Source: Candidatus Collierbacteria bacterium
GTDB lineage: Bacteria > Patescibacteriota > Microgenomatia > UBA1400 > JACPES01
DNA: 64,000 nt
Direction: 5' to 3'
Assembly: GCA_016183365.1 (NCBI GenBank)
Contig: JACPES010000002.1
Location: forward strand, 12,779-76,778
Positions 44,581-53,622 of the stretch are shown here, piece by piece (within the stretch, counting starts at the first letter, position 1; every line of letters begins with the position of its first letter). Below the pieces are notes generated by a model. It did no database searches and was not told the DNA's origin. It saw only the letters and a program-made list of their open reading frames with translations. A program made the translations under genes and the position numbers.

Positions 44581-45285
44581 CTATCGATCTCCCCCCAACA
44601 CCAAAAGCTCTCCAACAATTGATCTAAACGCCTCGATTTCCCTCATGGCGTCAATTGGAGTATCGCTTCTATGTATCAAATTATTTGGCAGCATGGAATC
44701 TCTAGCATGCCGGCCTCGGATTGAATCCGGTCTAGCTTGGCTGGGGCGCGTCGCTCCCACGATTTCTTTCAGCCACTCGACCGCGCCGCCCGCCGACCGC
44801 GAAGCCAACATCATTGTTACCGGATCGGAGGTAATAAAACGCAGATAGCCTTCGGCCACCGATTCGCCGGCAACCTCGCTTGGGATTTGCGATAAGCGGG
44901 CAATGGTTTCTTCGCCGTAGAATCTTTTGGTTTGGCTTTCATCTAATAACGTGTGAAATTGAAGCGGAACTTTTTCCAATCCAATAGCATCAATGATCGC
45001 CAGCGCCGCTTCATCGTCAGTGTCCGGCAAACCGATTCCTTCATTAGTTCTGGGCTTAATCATTCCCAGAGTCATTTCGTTATCATTTACAAGTTGGCCT
45101 AAAACAGCCGCCGCCAACAGCCCGTCTAAACTTTCCAGCCGTTCAATATCTTCCGGAACAAAAACTTTTTCGTCCCCTCGTAATTTCTCAACCGTAAGTT
45201 TTGCCGCCGCCCTGCTGGAAAAGCCGGTTGGAGGTTCATAACCTCTTAAAGCGTCCAGAAATTTTTCTTTTTCCGATTTATCCAT
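44581..45285 (-). CDS. ndk: nucleoside-diphosphate-kinase-like protein with N- and C-terminal extensions
   Basis: TLGMIKPRT ... NLIHRSDTPIDAMREIEAF resembles the NDK catalytic region (NIIHGSDS...EIALWF). Confidence 0.5.
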   Translation of the reverse strand: MDKSEKEKFLDALRGYEPPTGFSSRAAAKLTVEKLRGDEKVFVPEDIERLESLDGLLAAAVLGQLVNDNEMTLGMIKPRTNEGIGLPDTDDEAALAIIDAIGLEKVPLQFHTLLDESQTKRFYGEETIARLSQIPSEVAGESVAEGYLRFITSDPVTMMLASRSAGGAVEWLKEIVGATRPSQARPDSIRGRHARDSMLPNNLIHRSDTPIDAMREIEAFRSIVGELLVLGGDR

Positions 45286-45450
45286 AAATAATCGGGCAGA
45301 TTTCGTTTCGCATGTTGATTATACCCGATTAACAAAATGAACATCAGTGTATATTTGTTCTGTCTGTCTCGGGAATCGAATTTAAGAGTCGCATTACTTT
45401 TGAAAAAGTATTACTTGACAAAAAAATCATTCATATGATAAAGTAAGAAT

Positions 45451-45699
45451 ATGTTTTATCCGACTACAATTACCTCAAAGTGGCAAATGACTATTCCCAA
45501 GCAGGTGCGAAAAACTCTTGGACTCAAAAGGCAGGGAAGAGTGGTTATTGGCGTGGAGCCAATCAAAAAAACATTTACCATTCATCAGCCGCCGTCAATC
45601 TTTGATCTTGCGGGGACATTCACGCCAAAGGACAAAAGAAAGATTATCAACGCGGTGAAAATTCGAGACTACATGGAGACGCACTATGAGCGTACCTAA
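45451..45699 (+). CDS. vapB: AbrB/MazE-fold antitoxin (VapB-like)
   Basis: ITSKWQMTIPKQVRKTLGL. Overlaps the downstream PIN gene by 14 nt. Confidence 0.6.
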   Translation: MFYPTTITSKWQMTIPKQVRKTLGLKRQGRVVIGVEPIKKTFTIHQPPSIFDLAGTFTPKDKRKIINAVKIRDYMETHYERT

Positions 45700-46126
45700 C
45701 CGAAGATGGATGGTTTTAATTGATACCAATATATTTCTTCGGATTTTCGTTAAGGAAAATGAACGCATGTTTCGAGAGTGCGGAGAAATTCTCAAATTGG
45801 CTACTCGTGGAGCAATTGCGGCGTACACAAATACGATTGTCCTTACGGAAATTCAGTTCGTTCTCACGACAATCTATCACTACCCGCGAGATAGAATTAA
45901 AGAAGCATTGGAATCCGTTCTTTCCGTCCCTGGCTTAAAGATCACTGATGATACCGATGCCCGTTTGGCAACAGACGCGTATGGGAAAACAAATATTAAA
46001 TTCGCCGATTGCCTGCTTGCTTCATCGAAACTGATTCAAGAGAAAAAAGCAGCGATTGTCTCTTACGACCGCGACTTTGATAAGTTGGGCGTTCGCCGCC
46101 TTGAACCCAAAGATGTAGTAAAATAA
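45686..46126 (+). CDS. vapC: PIN-domain toxin (VapC-like)
   Basis: VLIDTNIFL ... TNTIVLTEI ... DCLLA. Confidence 0.65.
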   Translation: MSVPNRRWMVLIDTNIFLRIFVKENERMFRECGEILKLATRGAIAAYTNTIVLTEIQFVLTTIYHYPRDRIKEALESVLSVPGLKITDDTDARLATDAYGKTNIKFADCLLASSKLIQEKKAAIVSYDRDFDKLGVRRLEPKDVVK

Positions 46127-46134
46127 CCTCTTAT

Positions 46135-47367
46135 ATGACGATTCCTCAACTTATCGCATTGGAGAAAAAGCGCCAGCGGGAGACGCTGATGATGATCCCG
46201 TCGGAGAATTACACGTATTCGGAAGTTAGACGGGCAATTGGATCGGTGCTGATGCATAAATATTCGGAAGGATATGCCCACCGCAGATATTATCAGGGTA
46301 ACGAAATCATTGATAAGATCGAAGATCTAGCGGTTGAGAACGCTAAAAAATTGTTTAGAGTTCCATACGCCAATGTTCAGCCGTACTCCGGATCTCCGGC
46401 TAACGCCGCGGTGTATTTTGCCCTGCTTAATTCCGGGGATAAAATCATGGGGTTAAAACTTTCCGGTGGCGGGCATTTGACTCATGGACATCCCAACATC
46501 ACTTTTTCCGGAAAATATTTTCAGTCTGTTCAATATGACGTCGAGCCGGATGGACGGATTGATTATGATAAATTAGAACGTTTGGTTAAAATTGAAAACC
46601 CCAAATTGATAGTGGCCGGAACCACCGCCTATCCGCGAATTTTAGACTGGAAAAAATTTGCCAAAATAGCCGATAGCGTAGGTGCGATTTTAATGGCGGA
46701 TATTGCTCACATTGCAGGTTTGGTGGCAGGCGGAGTCCATCCATCTCCGGTTCCCTATGTTCACGTTGCGACTACAACCACTCATAAGACTTTAAGAGGC
46801 CCGCGCGGAGCAATGATATTGGTTACTAAAAAAGGTTTGAAGTTGGATGAAAAAATGGGAGAGAAAATTGATAAGGCGGTTTTCCCCGGATTGCAGGGCG
46901 GGCCGCACAACAATACCACCGCCGGAATCGCCATTGCTTTGGAGAAAGCCTCTCAAAAATCATTTGTTCAATACGGAAAAGCGATTGTTTCCAATGCGAA
47001 AGTGTTAGCCGAAGAGTTAATCAAGCGCGGATTTAAACTCGCCACCGGGGGCACCGATAATCATCTTATGGTTGCCGATGCCCGACCGTTTGGCATCGAT
47101 GGCAAAACGTTGGCTATCGCTCTTGAAAAAGCGGGAATTATCGTCAACGCTAATACCATCCCTCATGATCCCAATCCTCCATACCGCCCCAGCGGTATCC
47201 GTCTTGGAACTCCGGCGGTAACGACTAGAGGAATGAAGGAAAGGGAAATGAAACAAATCGCGGTTTTGATTTCTACTGTGGCAGAAAAGGTTGGCGACCC
47301 TAAAATTATTTCTCAGGTTAATAAAAAAGTTAAAGATTTGTGCAAAAAATTTCCTGTTGAGGAATAA
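46135..47367 (+). CDS. glyA: serine hydroxymethyltransferase
   Basis: SENYTYSEVRRAIGSVLMHKYSEGY ... VATTTTHKTLRGPRG, including the PLP-binding lysine region. Confidence 0.9.
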   Translation: MTIPQLIALEKKRQRETLMMIPSENYTYSEVRRAIGSVLMHKYSEGYAHRRYYQGNEIIDKIEDLAVENAKKLFRVPYANVQPYSGSPANAAVYFALLNSGDKIMGLKLSGGGHLTHGHPNITFSGKYFQSVQYDVEPDGRIDYDKLERLVKIENPKLIVAGTTAYPRILDWKKFAKIADSVGAILMADIAHIAGLVAGGVHPSPVPYVHVATTTTHKTLRGPRGAMILVTKKGLKLDEKMGEKIDKAVFPGLQGGPHNNTTAGIAIALEKASQKSFVQYGKAIVSNAKVLAEELIKRGFKLATGGTDNHLMVADARPFGIDGKTLAIALEKAGIIVNANTIPHDPNPPYRPSGIRLGTPAVTTRGMKEREMKQIAVLISTVAEKVGDPKIISQVNKKVKDLCKKFPVEE

Positions 47368-47371
47368 TTTT

Positions 47372-47599
47372 ATGGACAATGTGGAGCGCAAGGAAAGCGC
47401 GTTTATTTCTTCGGATCAACCGTTAATGTCTGCAGCAAGCTTGGAAGCTTCAGAAGACCCAGTTGGTTTAATTGCGATTAATGTCTATAAAAGAATGACT
47501 GATGATCAATTAAGGAAATTAGCGCGAATTGTTGGGAATCAAAATAGACAAATCCCGCCAGATCTCCAGATCATTTTACTTGGGAGGGGAATATCATAA
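47372..47599 (+). CDS. small hypothetical protein
   Basis: 75-aa ORF between glyA and folD. A longer in-frame extension would overlap glyA. Confidence 0.25.
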   Translation: MDNVERKESAFISSDQPLMSAASLEASEDPVGLIAINVYKRMTDDQLRKLARIVGNQNRQIPPDLQIILLGRGIS

Positions 47600-48496
47600 A
47601 TGATTATCGATGGGAAAAAATTAGCGGCCGAAAGAGAAAAGAAACTAGCGGGAGAAGTTAGCTTGCTTACGAAAAAAATCGGCCGTCGGCCAAAACTTCT
47701 GGCGGTGGAATTAGCCGATGATGAGGGGAGCAGGTTGTATCTTAAATTAAAGCGAAAAGCGGCAGAAAGGTTGGGAATAGAATTTGAAGTTATAAAAAGG
47801 CCAGGCCTTTCCGGGAAAGGCCTGGCCTTTTTGACTGGTTTTGATATAGATGGGGTGTTTGTTCAGCATCCCAGGGGTTATGACAAACAAAAATGGCAGG
47901 AATTGGTCGATCAAATCCCGCCGGAAAAAGATGTTGATTGTTTGACCAGTGAAAATCTTCAATTGATTAAAGACGGCAAGCCAAGATTTTTGCCGGCTAC
48001 CGTTAAGGCTGTTGGCTACGTCATTCTGAGCGTAGTGAAGGATCCCGTCGGGCCTAATCCTAAATGGGATTCTTCAGTCGTTTCACTCCTTCAGAATGAC
48101 GGGTTATTAAGGCATTTCCTTCTCAACAAGCACGTCGTCATTCTCGGTCGCAGTCCGATTCTTGGTTTACCCCTCTTCTGGTGGTTCAATAGTTTTGGCG
48201 GGAAAGTGACTCTGTTGCATTCGCAAACAAAAAACAAAAAACAAAAAACAAAAAACTCCGATATTCTTATTTCTTCCGTCGGCAAACCCGGAATTATCAT
48301 CGGCAAAATGGTGAAAGAGGGAGCGATTGTCGTTGATTGCGGTTCGCCTTCGGGCGACGTAGCCTTCGGCGAAGTCGCCCCCAAAGCTTCTGCCATCACC
48401 CCGGTCCCCGGCGGCGTCGGCCCCTTAACCGTGGTAAGTTTGATGGAAAATGTGGTAAAATCGGCAAAAGACACATATGCCAAAAAAAGACGATAA
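47600..48496 (+). CDS. folD: bifunctional methylene-THF dehydrogenase/cyclohydrolase FolD with three in-frame repeat insertions
   Basis: MIIDGKKLAAEREKKLAGEV ... LLAVELADDEGSRLYLKLKRKAAERLGIEFEV ... C-terminal GGVGPLTVVSLMENV. Confidence 0.8.
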   Translation: MIIDGKKLAAEREKKLAGEVSLLTKKIGRRPKLLAVELADDEGSRLYLKLKRKAAERLGIEFEVIKRPGLSGKGLAFLTGFDIDGVFVQHPRGYDKQKWQELVDQIPPEKDVDCLTSENLQLIKDGKPRFLPATVKAVGYVILSVVKDPVGPNPKWDSSVVSLLQNDGLLRHFLLNKHVVILGRSPILGLPLFWWFNSFGGKVTLLHSQTKNKKQKTKNSDILISSVGKPGIIIGKMVKEGAIVVDCGSPSGDVAFGEVAPKASAITPVPGGVGPLTVVSLMENVVKSAKDTYAKKRR

Positions 48497-49235
48497 ACCC
48501 TTGATTGGTGTTTCTTTAGAAGAATTGCTGGAAGCCGGATGCCATTTTGGCCATCAGGCTCGCCGCTGGCATCCTAAAATGGCTCCGTATATTTGGGGCA
48601 AAAAAGACGGAATCCATATTTTCGATCTGGATAAAACCAGACAAGCCATATTCGAAGCAATAGATATGGTCAAAAAAATAGCCGCGGAAGGGAAATTAAT
48701 TATTTTTGTCGGAACTAAAAAACAAGCCTCGCAGATTATTACAGAAGAAGCAATTAGAGCCGGAATGCCGTTTGTGGCCAAACGTTGGTTGGGCGGAACT
48801 TTAACCAACTGGAAGCAGCTTAAATTGAGCGTTAATAAATTAATAGATCTTAAGATAAAACGCGAAGCGAAAGAATTGGATAAATACACCAAGAAGGAAA
48901 GAGTTTTAATCGACAAACAGATTGAAAGGCTGGAAAAATTTGTCGGCGGTCTGCAGCAATTGACAATTTTGCCGGCTGCCATATTTGTAGTTGATATCAG
49001 AAGAGAAGACGCGGCGGTTAGAGAAGCCCATATATTGAAAATTCCGGTGATAGCTATTGTCGACTCCAATTGCGACCCGGAAATGATAACTAAAGTAATT
49101 CCCGGAAATGATGATGCCATTGGGACGATTAGATTAATCACTTCCAAAATTACCGATGCGGTGTTGGAGGGGAAAAAACAAAGAGCAAAAAACAATGAAC
49201 AAGAAACAAGAAACAATGAACATAAAACAAATTAA
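48477..49235 (+). CDS. rpsB: 30S ribosomal protein S2
   Basis: LEAGCHFGHQARRWHPKMAPYIWGKKDGIHIFDLDKT. Confidence 0.9.
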   Translation: MPKKDDKPLIGVSLEELLEAGCHFGHQARRWHPKMAPYIWGKKDGIHIFDLDKTRQAIFEAIDMVKKIAAEGKLIIFVGTKKQASQIITEEAIRAGMPFVAKRWLGGTLTNWKQLKLSVNKLIDLKIKREAKELDKYTKKERVLIDKQIERLEKFVGGLQQLTILPAAIFVVDIRREDAAVREAHILKIPVIAIVDSNCDPEMITKVIPGNDDAIGTIRLITSKITDAVLEGKKQRAKNNEQETRNNEHKTN

Positions 49236-49662
49236 AACTCTTCGTGAGCAAACCGGTGTAGGCGTGATGGACGCCAGAAAAGCTTTGGAGGAAAGTCATG
49301 GGGATATAAAAAGAGCCGGAGAGTGGCTTAAAAAAAATGCCGTCGCCAAAGCGCTTAAAAAAGCAGATAGGGTTACCGGCGACGGAGCGATTTTTTCCTA
49401 TATCCACCAAACCGGGAAAATTGCCTCATTGATAAAGTTGGCCTGCGAAACTGATTTTGTGGCCAAAACAGACGATTTTCAGAAGTTAGGCAAAGAACTG
49501 GCGATGCAGGTAGCCTCGATGAATCCGAAAGATATTGCTGGTCTTTATTGTCAAGATTGGATCAGGGATAATAAAAAAAATATTAAGCAATTAATTGATG
49601 AAGTGATTACTAGGTTGGGAGAGAATATTAAAATACTAGAGATTGCGAGAATGAAAATTTAA
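49216..49662 (+). CDS. tsf: elongation factor Ts (short form)
   Basis: MNIKQIKTLREQTGVGVMDARKALEESHGDIKRAGEWL. The start is ambiguous, lying at 49156, 49195 or 49216, within an A5C-type repeat shared with the rpsB 3' end. Confidence 0.75.
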   Translation: MNIKQIKTLREQTGVGVMDARKALEESHGDIKRAGEWLKKNAVAKALKKADRVTGDGAIFSYIHQTGKIASLIKLACETDFVAKTDDFQKLGKELAMQVASMNPKDIAGLYCQDWIRDNKKNIKQLIDEVITRLGENIKILEIARMKI

Positions 49663-49744
49663 AAGGTTACAGGCTGAAAGGTTAAGAGGCTGAACAAATT
49701 CGTTTTTTAACCTGTTAACCTTCTAACCTTTTGACCTATCTTTT

Positions 49745-50305
49745 ATGTTATCAACCTTTCAACAGATAGACTCTTCTTTCTCCGGCGTTCTTGAAGTGGT
49801 GCGCGATGATTTATCTACCGTCAAGACCGGCCGGGCCAAACCGGACTTGGTCGCTAATATTTTGATTCCGGTCCAAAGCTATGGGTCGATTCTTAAATTA
49901 CTAGAATTAGCCAATATATTAGCCCCGGATTCGCAAACATTATTAATTTCTCCATGGGACAAAAACGTTATAGAAGATATTTCCCGCGGAATTTCCAAAA
50001 GTGAACTTAATTTAAATCCGGTGATTGATGGCGAGACAGTTAGGATTTCGATTCCGACATTAACCCAAGAACGGCGGATTGAATTAACTAAAATGGTGGA
50101 TAAAAAAGTTGAAGCCGGAAAAATTTTATTGAGGGAAGAAAGGCAGAAAATAAAAAAGGAAATAGATTCTGAAAAGGGCGGAGCCGGAGTTTCGGAAGAT
50201 GATATTTTTAAAGCAATTGAGGAATTGGATAAGAAAACAAAAGAGTGGGAATTAAAAATTGACGATCTGGGCAAAGCCAAAAAAGCCGAGTTGCTGGCGG
50301 TTTAA
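49745..50305 (+). CDS. frr: ribosome recycling factor
   Basis: 186 aa; VKTGRAKPDLVANILI ... LNLNPVIDGETVRISIP. Confidence 0.85.
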   Translation: MLSTFQQIDSSFSGVLEVVRDDLSTVKTGRAKPDLVANILIPVQSYGSILKLLELANILAPDSQTLLISPWDKNVIEDISRGISKSELNLNPVIDGETVRISIPTLTQERRIELTKMVDKKVEAGKILLREERQKIKKEIDSEKGGAGVSEDDIFKAIEELDKKTKEWELKIDDLGKAKKAELLAV

Positions 50306-50311
50306 ATTTTT

Positions 50312-51364
50312 TTAAAGAGACCTTGATAATTTTCTGATATTTTCAATTCCCCAGTTTATCCAGTATTTCCAAGACAATGGCAAATCGTGAGCCGGAAAAT
50401 AAGAAAATTGTCCGCCTCCGAAGCCGCGTTTAAAAAGCGATGGTCCGGCAAAACGGTGTGCCGGCTGGTACATCGCGAAGCGGTGAGTCCGCCAGCAGGC
50501 GGATAATTTATCGTCCTCAACATCTCCCCACAAATTATAAGTTTTCATCCCTAGTTTTTTGGCTTCCTGAATTATCGCCCATTGGATCGCGTAGGCCGCC
50601 GGAGTTTTTCTGGCTTCATCACCGGAGGCAGCGTAATGATAAACTGCCTCTTTGCGGCAGAAGATTGCAATTGCCATCGATAAAATTCTTGATAAGGCCT
50701 GGCCTTCCCGGGGAAGGCCAGGCCTTTTAACATAAAAAAATTTCACCGCGTTCTCGTTTTTAAACGCTTTGAACTGTTCCGAGAGAAACTTTCTTGAAAA
50801 CGGCACAAAACCTTCTCGTTTTGCCGTCTTTGTCTGAAGCCTAATGAAATCATCTATTAAACTTTCGTCTTGCGATTTTTCGACTATTATTCCCATCTTC
50901 CCTGCTTTCTTAATCTCATATCTGGTTGATTTCCGCATTTGTCTTAAAAGTTCATCATCGGATAGAGATAAATCCAGAATTCTGGTTAATTGGGCGTGAA
51001 GATGCATCGGGGCGGGACGGAATCCGTTTTGTTTGATAACAGAGGCCAGGGCGTCGGAGTTCCCGGCTTGGGGGCGGATTCTGACGAAAGAACATTTTTC
51101 TTTTAAGGCTATTTCTTTCATCAGCGAAACCGCTTGTTTCCATTGAGAAGAAGAAAAATAATCTTTTAATAATGGTCCGCCCGGAACTGTTAAATACCGG
51201 CCTCTTTTAGCCGGTTCAACGATGATCTGAAACATGCCTTGATCAAAACTGATTCTATAAACAGGGTGATTTAATTTTAAGTGAAATTCTCCCCAGGCCC
51301 AAGATTGCAGAAAGTTGGCTTCCGGGAATTTATCGAGATTATTCTCCCAATCTTGTTTAGTCAT
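50312..51364 (-). CDS. FemAB-family (FemX-like aminoacyltransferase) protein
   Basis: Two GNAT-like halves with a FemAB-like YHYAASGDEARKTPAAYAIQWAIIQEAKKLGMKTYNLWG region. Lies next to cell-wall genes. Confidence 0.55.
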   Translation of the reverse strand: MTKQDWENNLDKFPEANFLQSWAWGEFHLKLNHPVYRISFDQGMFQIIVEPAKRGRYLTVPGGPLLKDYFSSSQWKQAVSLMKEIALKEKCSFVRIRPQAGNSDALASVIKQNGFRPAPMHLHAQLTRILDLSLSDDELLRQMRKSTRYEIKKAGKMGIIVEKSQDESLIDDFIRLQTKTAKREGFVPFSRKFLSEQFKAFKNENAVKFFYVKRPGLPREGQALSRILSMAIAIFCRKEAVYHYAASGDEARKTPAAYAIQWAIIQEAKKLGMKTYNLWGDVEDDKLSACWRTHRFAMYQPAHRFAGPSLFKRGFGGGQFSYFPAHDLPLSWKYWINWGIENIRKLSRSL

Positions 51365-51376
51365 ATATATATCAAA

Positions 51377-52732
51377 CTATTGTAAAAAGGCCAGGCCTTT
51401 ATGATACTTTATGATATAGTTTGTTCTTTTTGAGTACTTGTTAATCAATTCAGCCAAAATTTTTGCTTTATTCTGATCGATATTTATATGTGTCGGCAGA
51501 TTTAAAATATGCAGGCTTAAATTTTCGGCGTTGCGACAAGAGCCAAGTCGGTATTTGACTCGAGAATTATCAACCCACTTGGGAGATACAGGCGCGTCAT
51601 ACCAGTGATCCATAAGATAAAAACCGTGTTTGGTCAATTTTTTTTCCAATTCATCGCGGTTGCCTACCCAAACCGGGTAGCGTAAATTAGAACCATTTTT
51701 AATATCAAGAGCAATTATCAACTTGAGCCTTTTATAAATAACATGATCATAAATTAAGGCAATATTCCGGCGGTGGACAATAATTTTCTCTAACTTGCTT
51801 AGTTGGTTTAGGATCAATGCGGCCAGAGCGTTTGGCAGGGAAGTGAGTTTGTCAGGCGCGTCTAGAGAAGAGGGGAGAAGGTCTAATTCTTTGCCGACAA
51901 AATGGATTATTTTTCCCAATCCAATATTGTAAGTTTGCCGTATCGTCGAAGTCAGCAGGGGATAGAAAAGACTTTTTGTAATATTAATTTTACTCCAATT
52001 AATTAATTGATTAATTGATTGGAATGATTGGCGATGAGATTTGAGTGATGAAATTAATGCCCCTCCGGAGACGCCGTCGATAACTTTGTCTTGGGAGAAG
52101 GAAAGAATGATGGCGTCGGGACAAATGGGATGATTAAGAGTGTTAAGAGTGTTAGGATGGTGAAGTAGATTATTGTCATCATAACCATCGTAATCATCTA
52201 ACCATCTAGCTTCAGCGCCGAGCGCGTGGGCGAGGTCTTGGATGACAATAATCTTGTGATTCCGGCACCAGTTTACGATTTGATCGTTTTCCCGGTTGAG
52301 ATATCCCAAGGTATGTTGGAGAATAAGGGCTTTAGTTTTGGGAGAAACTGATTTTTTTATTTGCGCCAAGGATGGATTGAGATTTTTGGGACCGACATCA
52401 ACGTAAATTGGAATAGCCCCTAAATCCAAAATCGGTTGAACCACGGCCACACAGGTAAAAGCTTGGACAATGACTTCGTCACCCTGTCCGATTTTAAGAA
52501 TTTTCAGGGCTTCATAAATTGCCTGCCTGCCTTTTAGAAACAACCGTATGCTGACATCATTGTTTCGCCCCGCCTCGGCGGGACGAAACTTCACAAACTT
52601 CGCAAGCAGTGTTTGCTCAAGCAAACTTGTTTCTTTACCCTTTAGCCATTTCCACGGTTGGAAAAGAAGTTTGATGGCTAAAGTTAGATCCGCGGACGAG
52701 TAGTTTGATCCCAGAGAGTTGGTGATAATCAC
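51377..52732 (-). CDS. DegT/DnrJ/EryC1/StrS-family PLP-dependent aminotransferase with in-frame palindromic insertions
   Basis: GDEVIVQAFTCVAVVQPILDLGAIPIYVDV resembles the DegT family (fold type I). Insertions near 52004-52034 and 52540-52620. Confidence 0.7.
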   Translation of the reverse strand: MIITNSLGSNYSSADLTLAIKLLFQPWKWLKGKETSLLEQTLLAKFVKFRPAEAGRNNDVSIRLFLKGRQAIYEALKILKIGQGDEVIVQAFTCVAVVQPILDLGAIPIYVDVGPKNLNPSLAQIKKSVSPKTKALILQHTLGYLNRENDQIVNWCRNHKIIVIQDLAHALGAEARWLDDYDGYDDNNLLHHPNTLNTLNHPICPDAIILSFSQDKVIDGVSGGALISSLKSHRQSFQSINQLINWSKINITKSLFYPLLTSTIRQTYNIGLGKIIHFVGKELDLLPSSLDAPDKLTSLPNALAALILNQLSKLEKIIVHRRNIALIYDHVIYKRLKLIIALDIKNGSNLRYPVWVGNRDELEKKLTKHGFYLMDHWYDAPVSPKWVDNSRVKYRLGSCRNAENLSLHILNLPTHINIDQNKAKILAELINKYSKRTNYIIKYHKGLAFLQ

Positions 52733-52766
52733 CCTGATATCATAACCAATTGGTACAATTGATTCT

Positions 52767-53597
52767 ATGAAACTGCTTAGGATGAATCTGGAGTTATCCG
52801 ATCTGGGGACTAAAACCCATGTTTGGTTCCCATTGCCTCAACGGACGAGTGGGGAACCGCAGGAATGGTTGAGCTCGACAGATTTTAAGATCATAACCGA
52901 CAAAAAATTTAATAATCGATCGGCGTATTTTCTAACTTCTTTTTCCGAATTAAAAGTATCGGCGGCATTTCCACTGATATCGTTTCAAAACTCATTTTCG
53001 TCATTGCGAGGCGCTAGTCGTCGTGGCAATCTATCTTCAAATTCCATGGTTCAGTCAGATCATCCCGCAATAAAAAATATAGCCCATTCTTTAGTTTTAG
53101 GTCAGACAAGTACGGATGACAAGGCTAAAAAATGTTTTGATTGGGTGGTGAGATATTTGGAATACGCCAATCCCATCAGGGGGCTTTACTCGTCGGTTCA
53201 GGCTTTAACCGATAGGAAGGTGGATTGCGGCGGATTTTCCACTCTATTAACGGCTTTACTCCGGGCCGCAAAGATTCCGTCAAGATGCGTTTTCGGAGGG
53301 GCTGTAAAATCAAAATTTGGATACCACGCTTGGGTGGAATTCTTTGATCAACAGAAACATTCCTGGATTCCATGCGATCCGTCGGTTGCCAATTTAGGGA
53401 AACGGACAAAACTTGACGCCGGTTTTGGATTTATAAACGATGAAAGAACGGTGTTTTCCGTAGGAGAGGATCTGAATTTGGTAGGGGACGATATTGAGTG
53501 GAATGTTCCGTTACTTCAATTACCGGTGATAGTATCACTCGACAAAAACGGCCCCCCCCAAAAGTTTATTGAGAAGTTAGCCTGGAATTTTAGCTAA
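52767..53597 (+). CDS. transglutaminase-like cysteine-protease-fold protein
   Basis: Cys-His-Asp triad context: VDCGGFSTLLTALLRAAKIPSR ... HAWVEFF ... WIPCDPS. Confidence 0.55.
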   Translation: MKLLRMNLELSDLGTKTHVWFPLPQRTSGEPQEWLSSTDFKIITDKKFNNRSAYFLTSFSELKVSAAFPLISFQNSFSSLRGASRRGNLSSNSMVQSDHPAIKNIAHSLVLGQTSTDDKAKKCFDWVVRYLEYANPIRGLYSSVQALTDRKVDCGGFSTLLTALLRAAKIPSRCVFGGAVKSKFGYHAWVEFFDQQKHSWIPCDPSVANLGKRTKLDAGFGFINDERTVFSVGEDLNLVGDDIEWNVPLLQLPVIVSLDKNGPPQKFIEKLAWNFS

Positions 53598-53622
53598 TCT
53601 ATTAACCCGAGAAAAACTTCAA

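Noticed and set aside
47291-47371. Upstream in-frame extension of ORF 47372-47599
   Set aside because: It would overlap the end of glyA by 77 nt, so the internal Met is the more plausible start.
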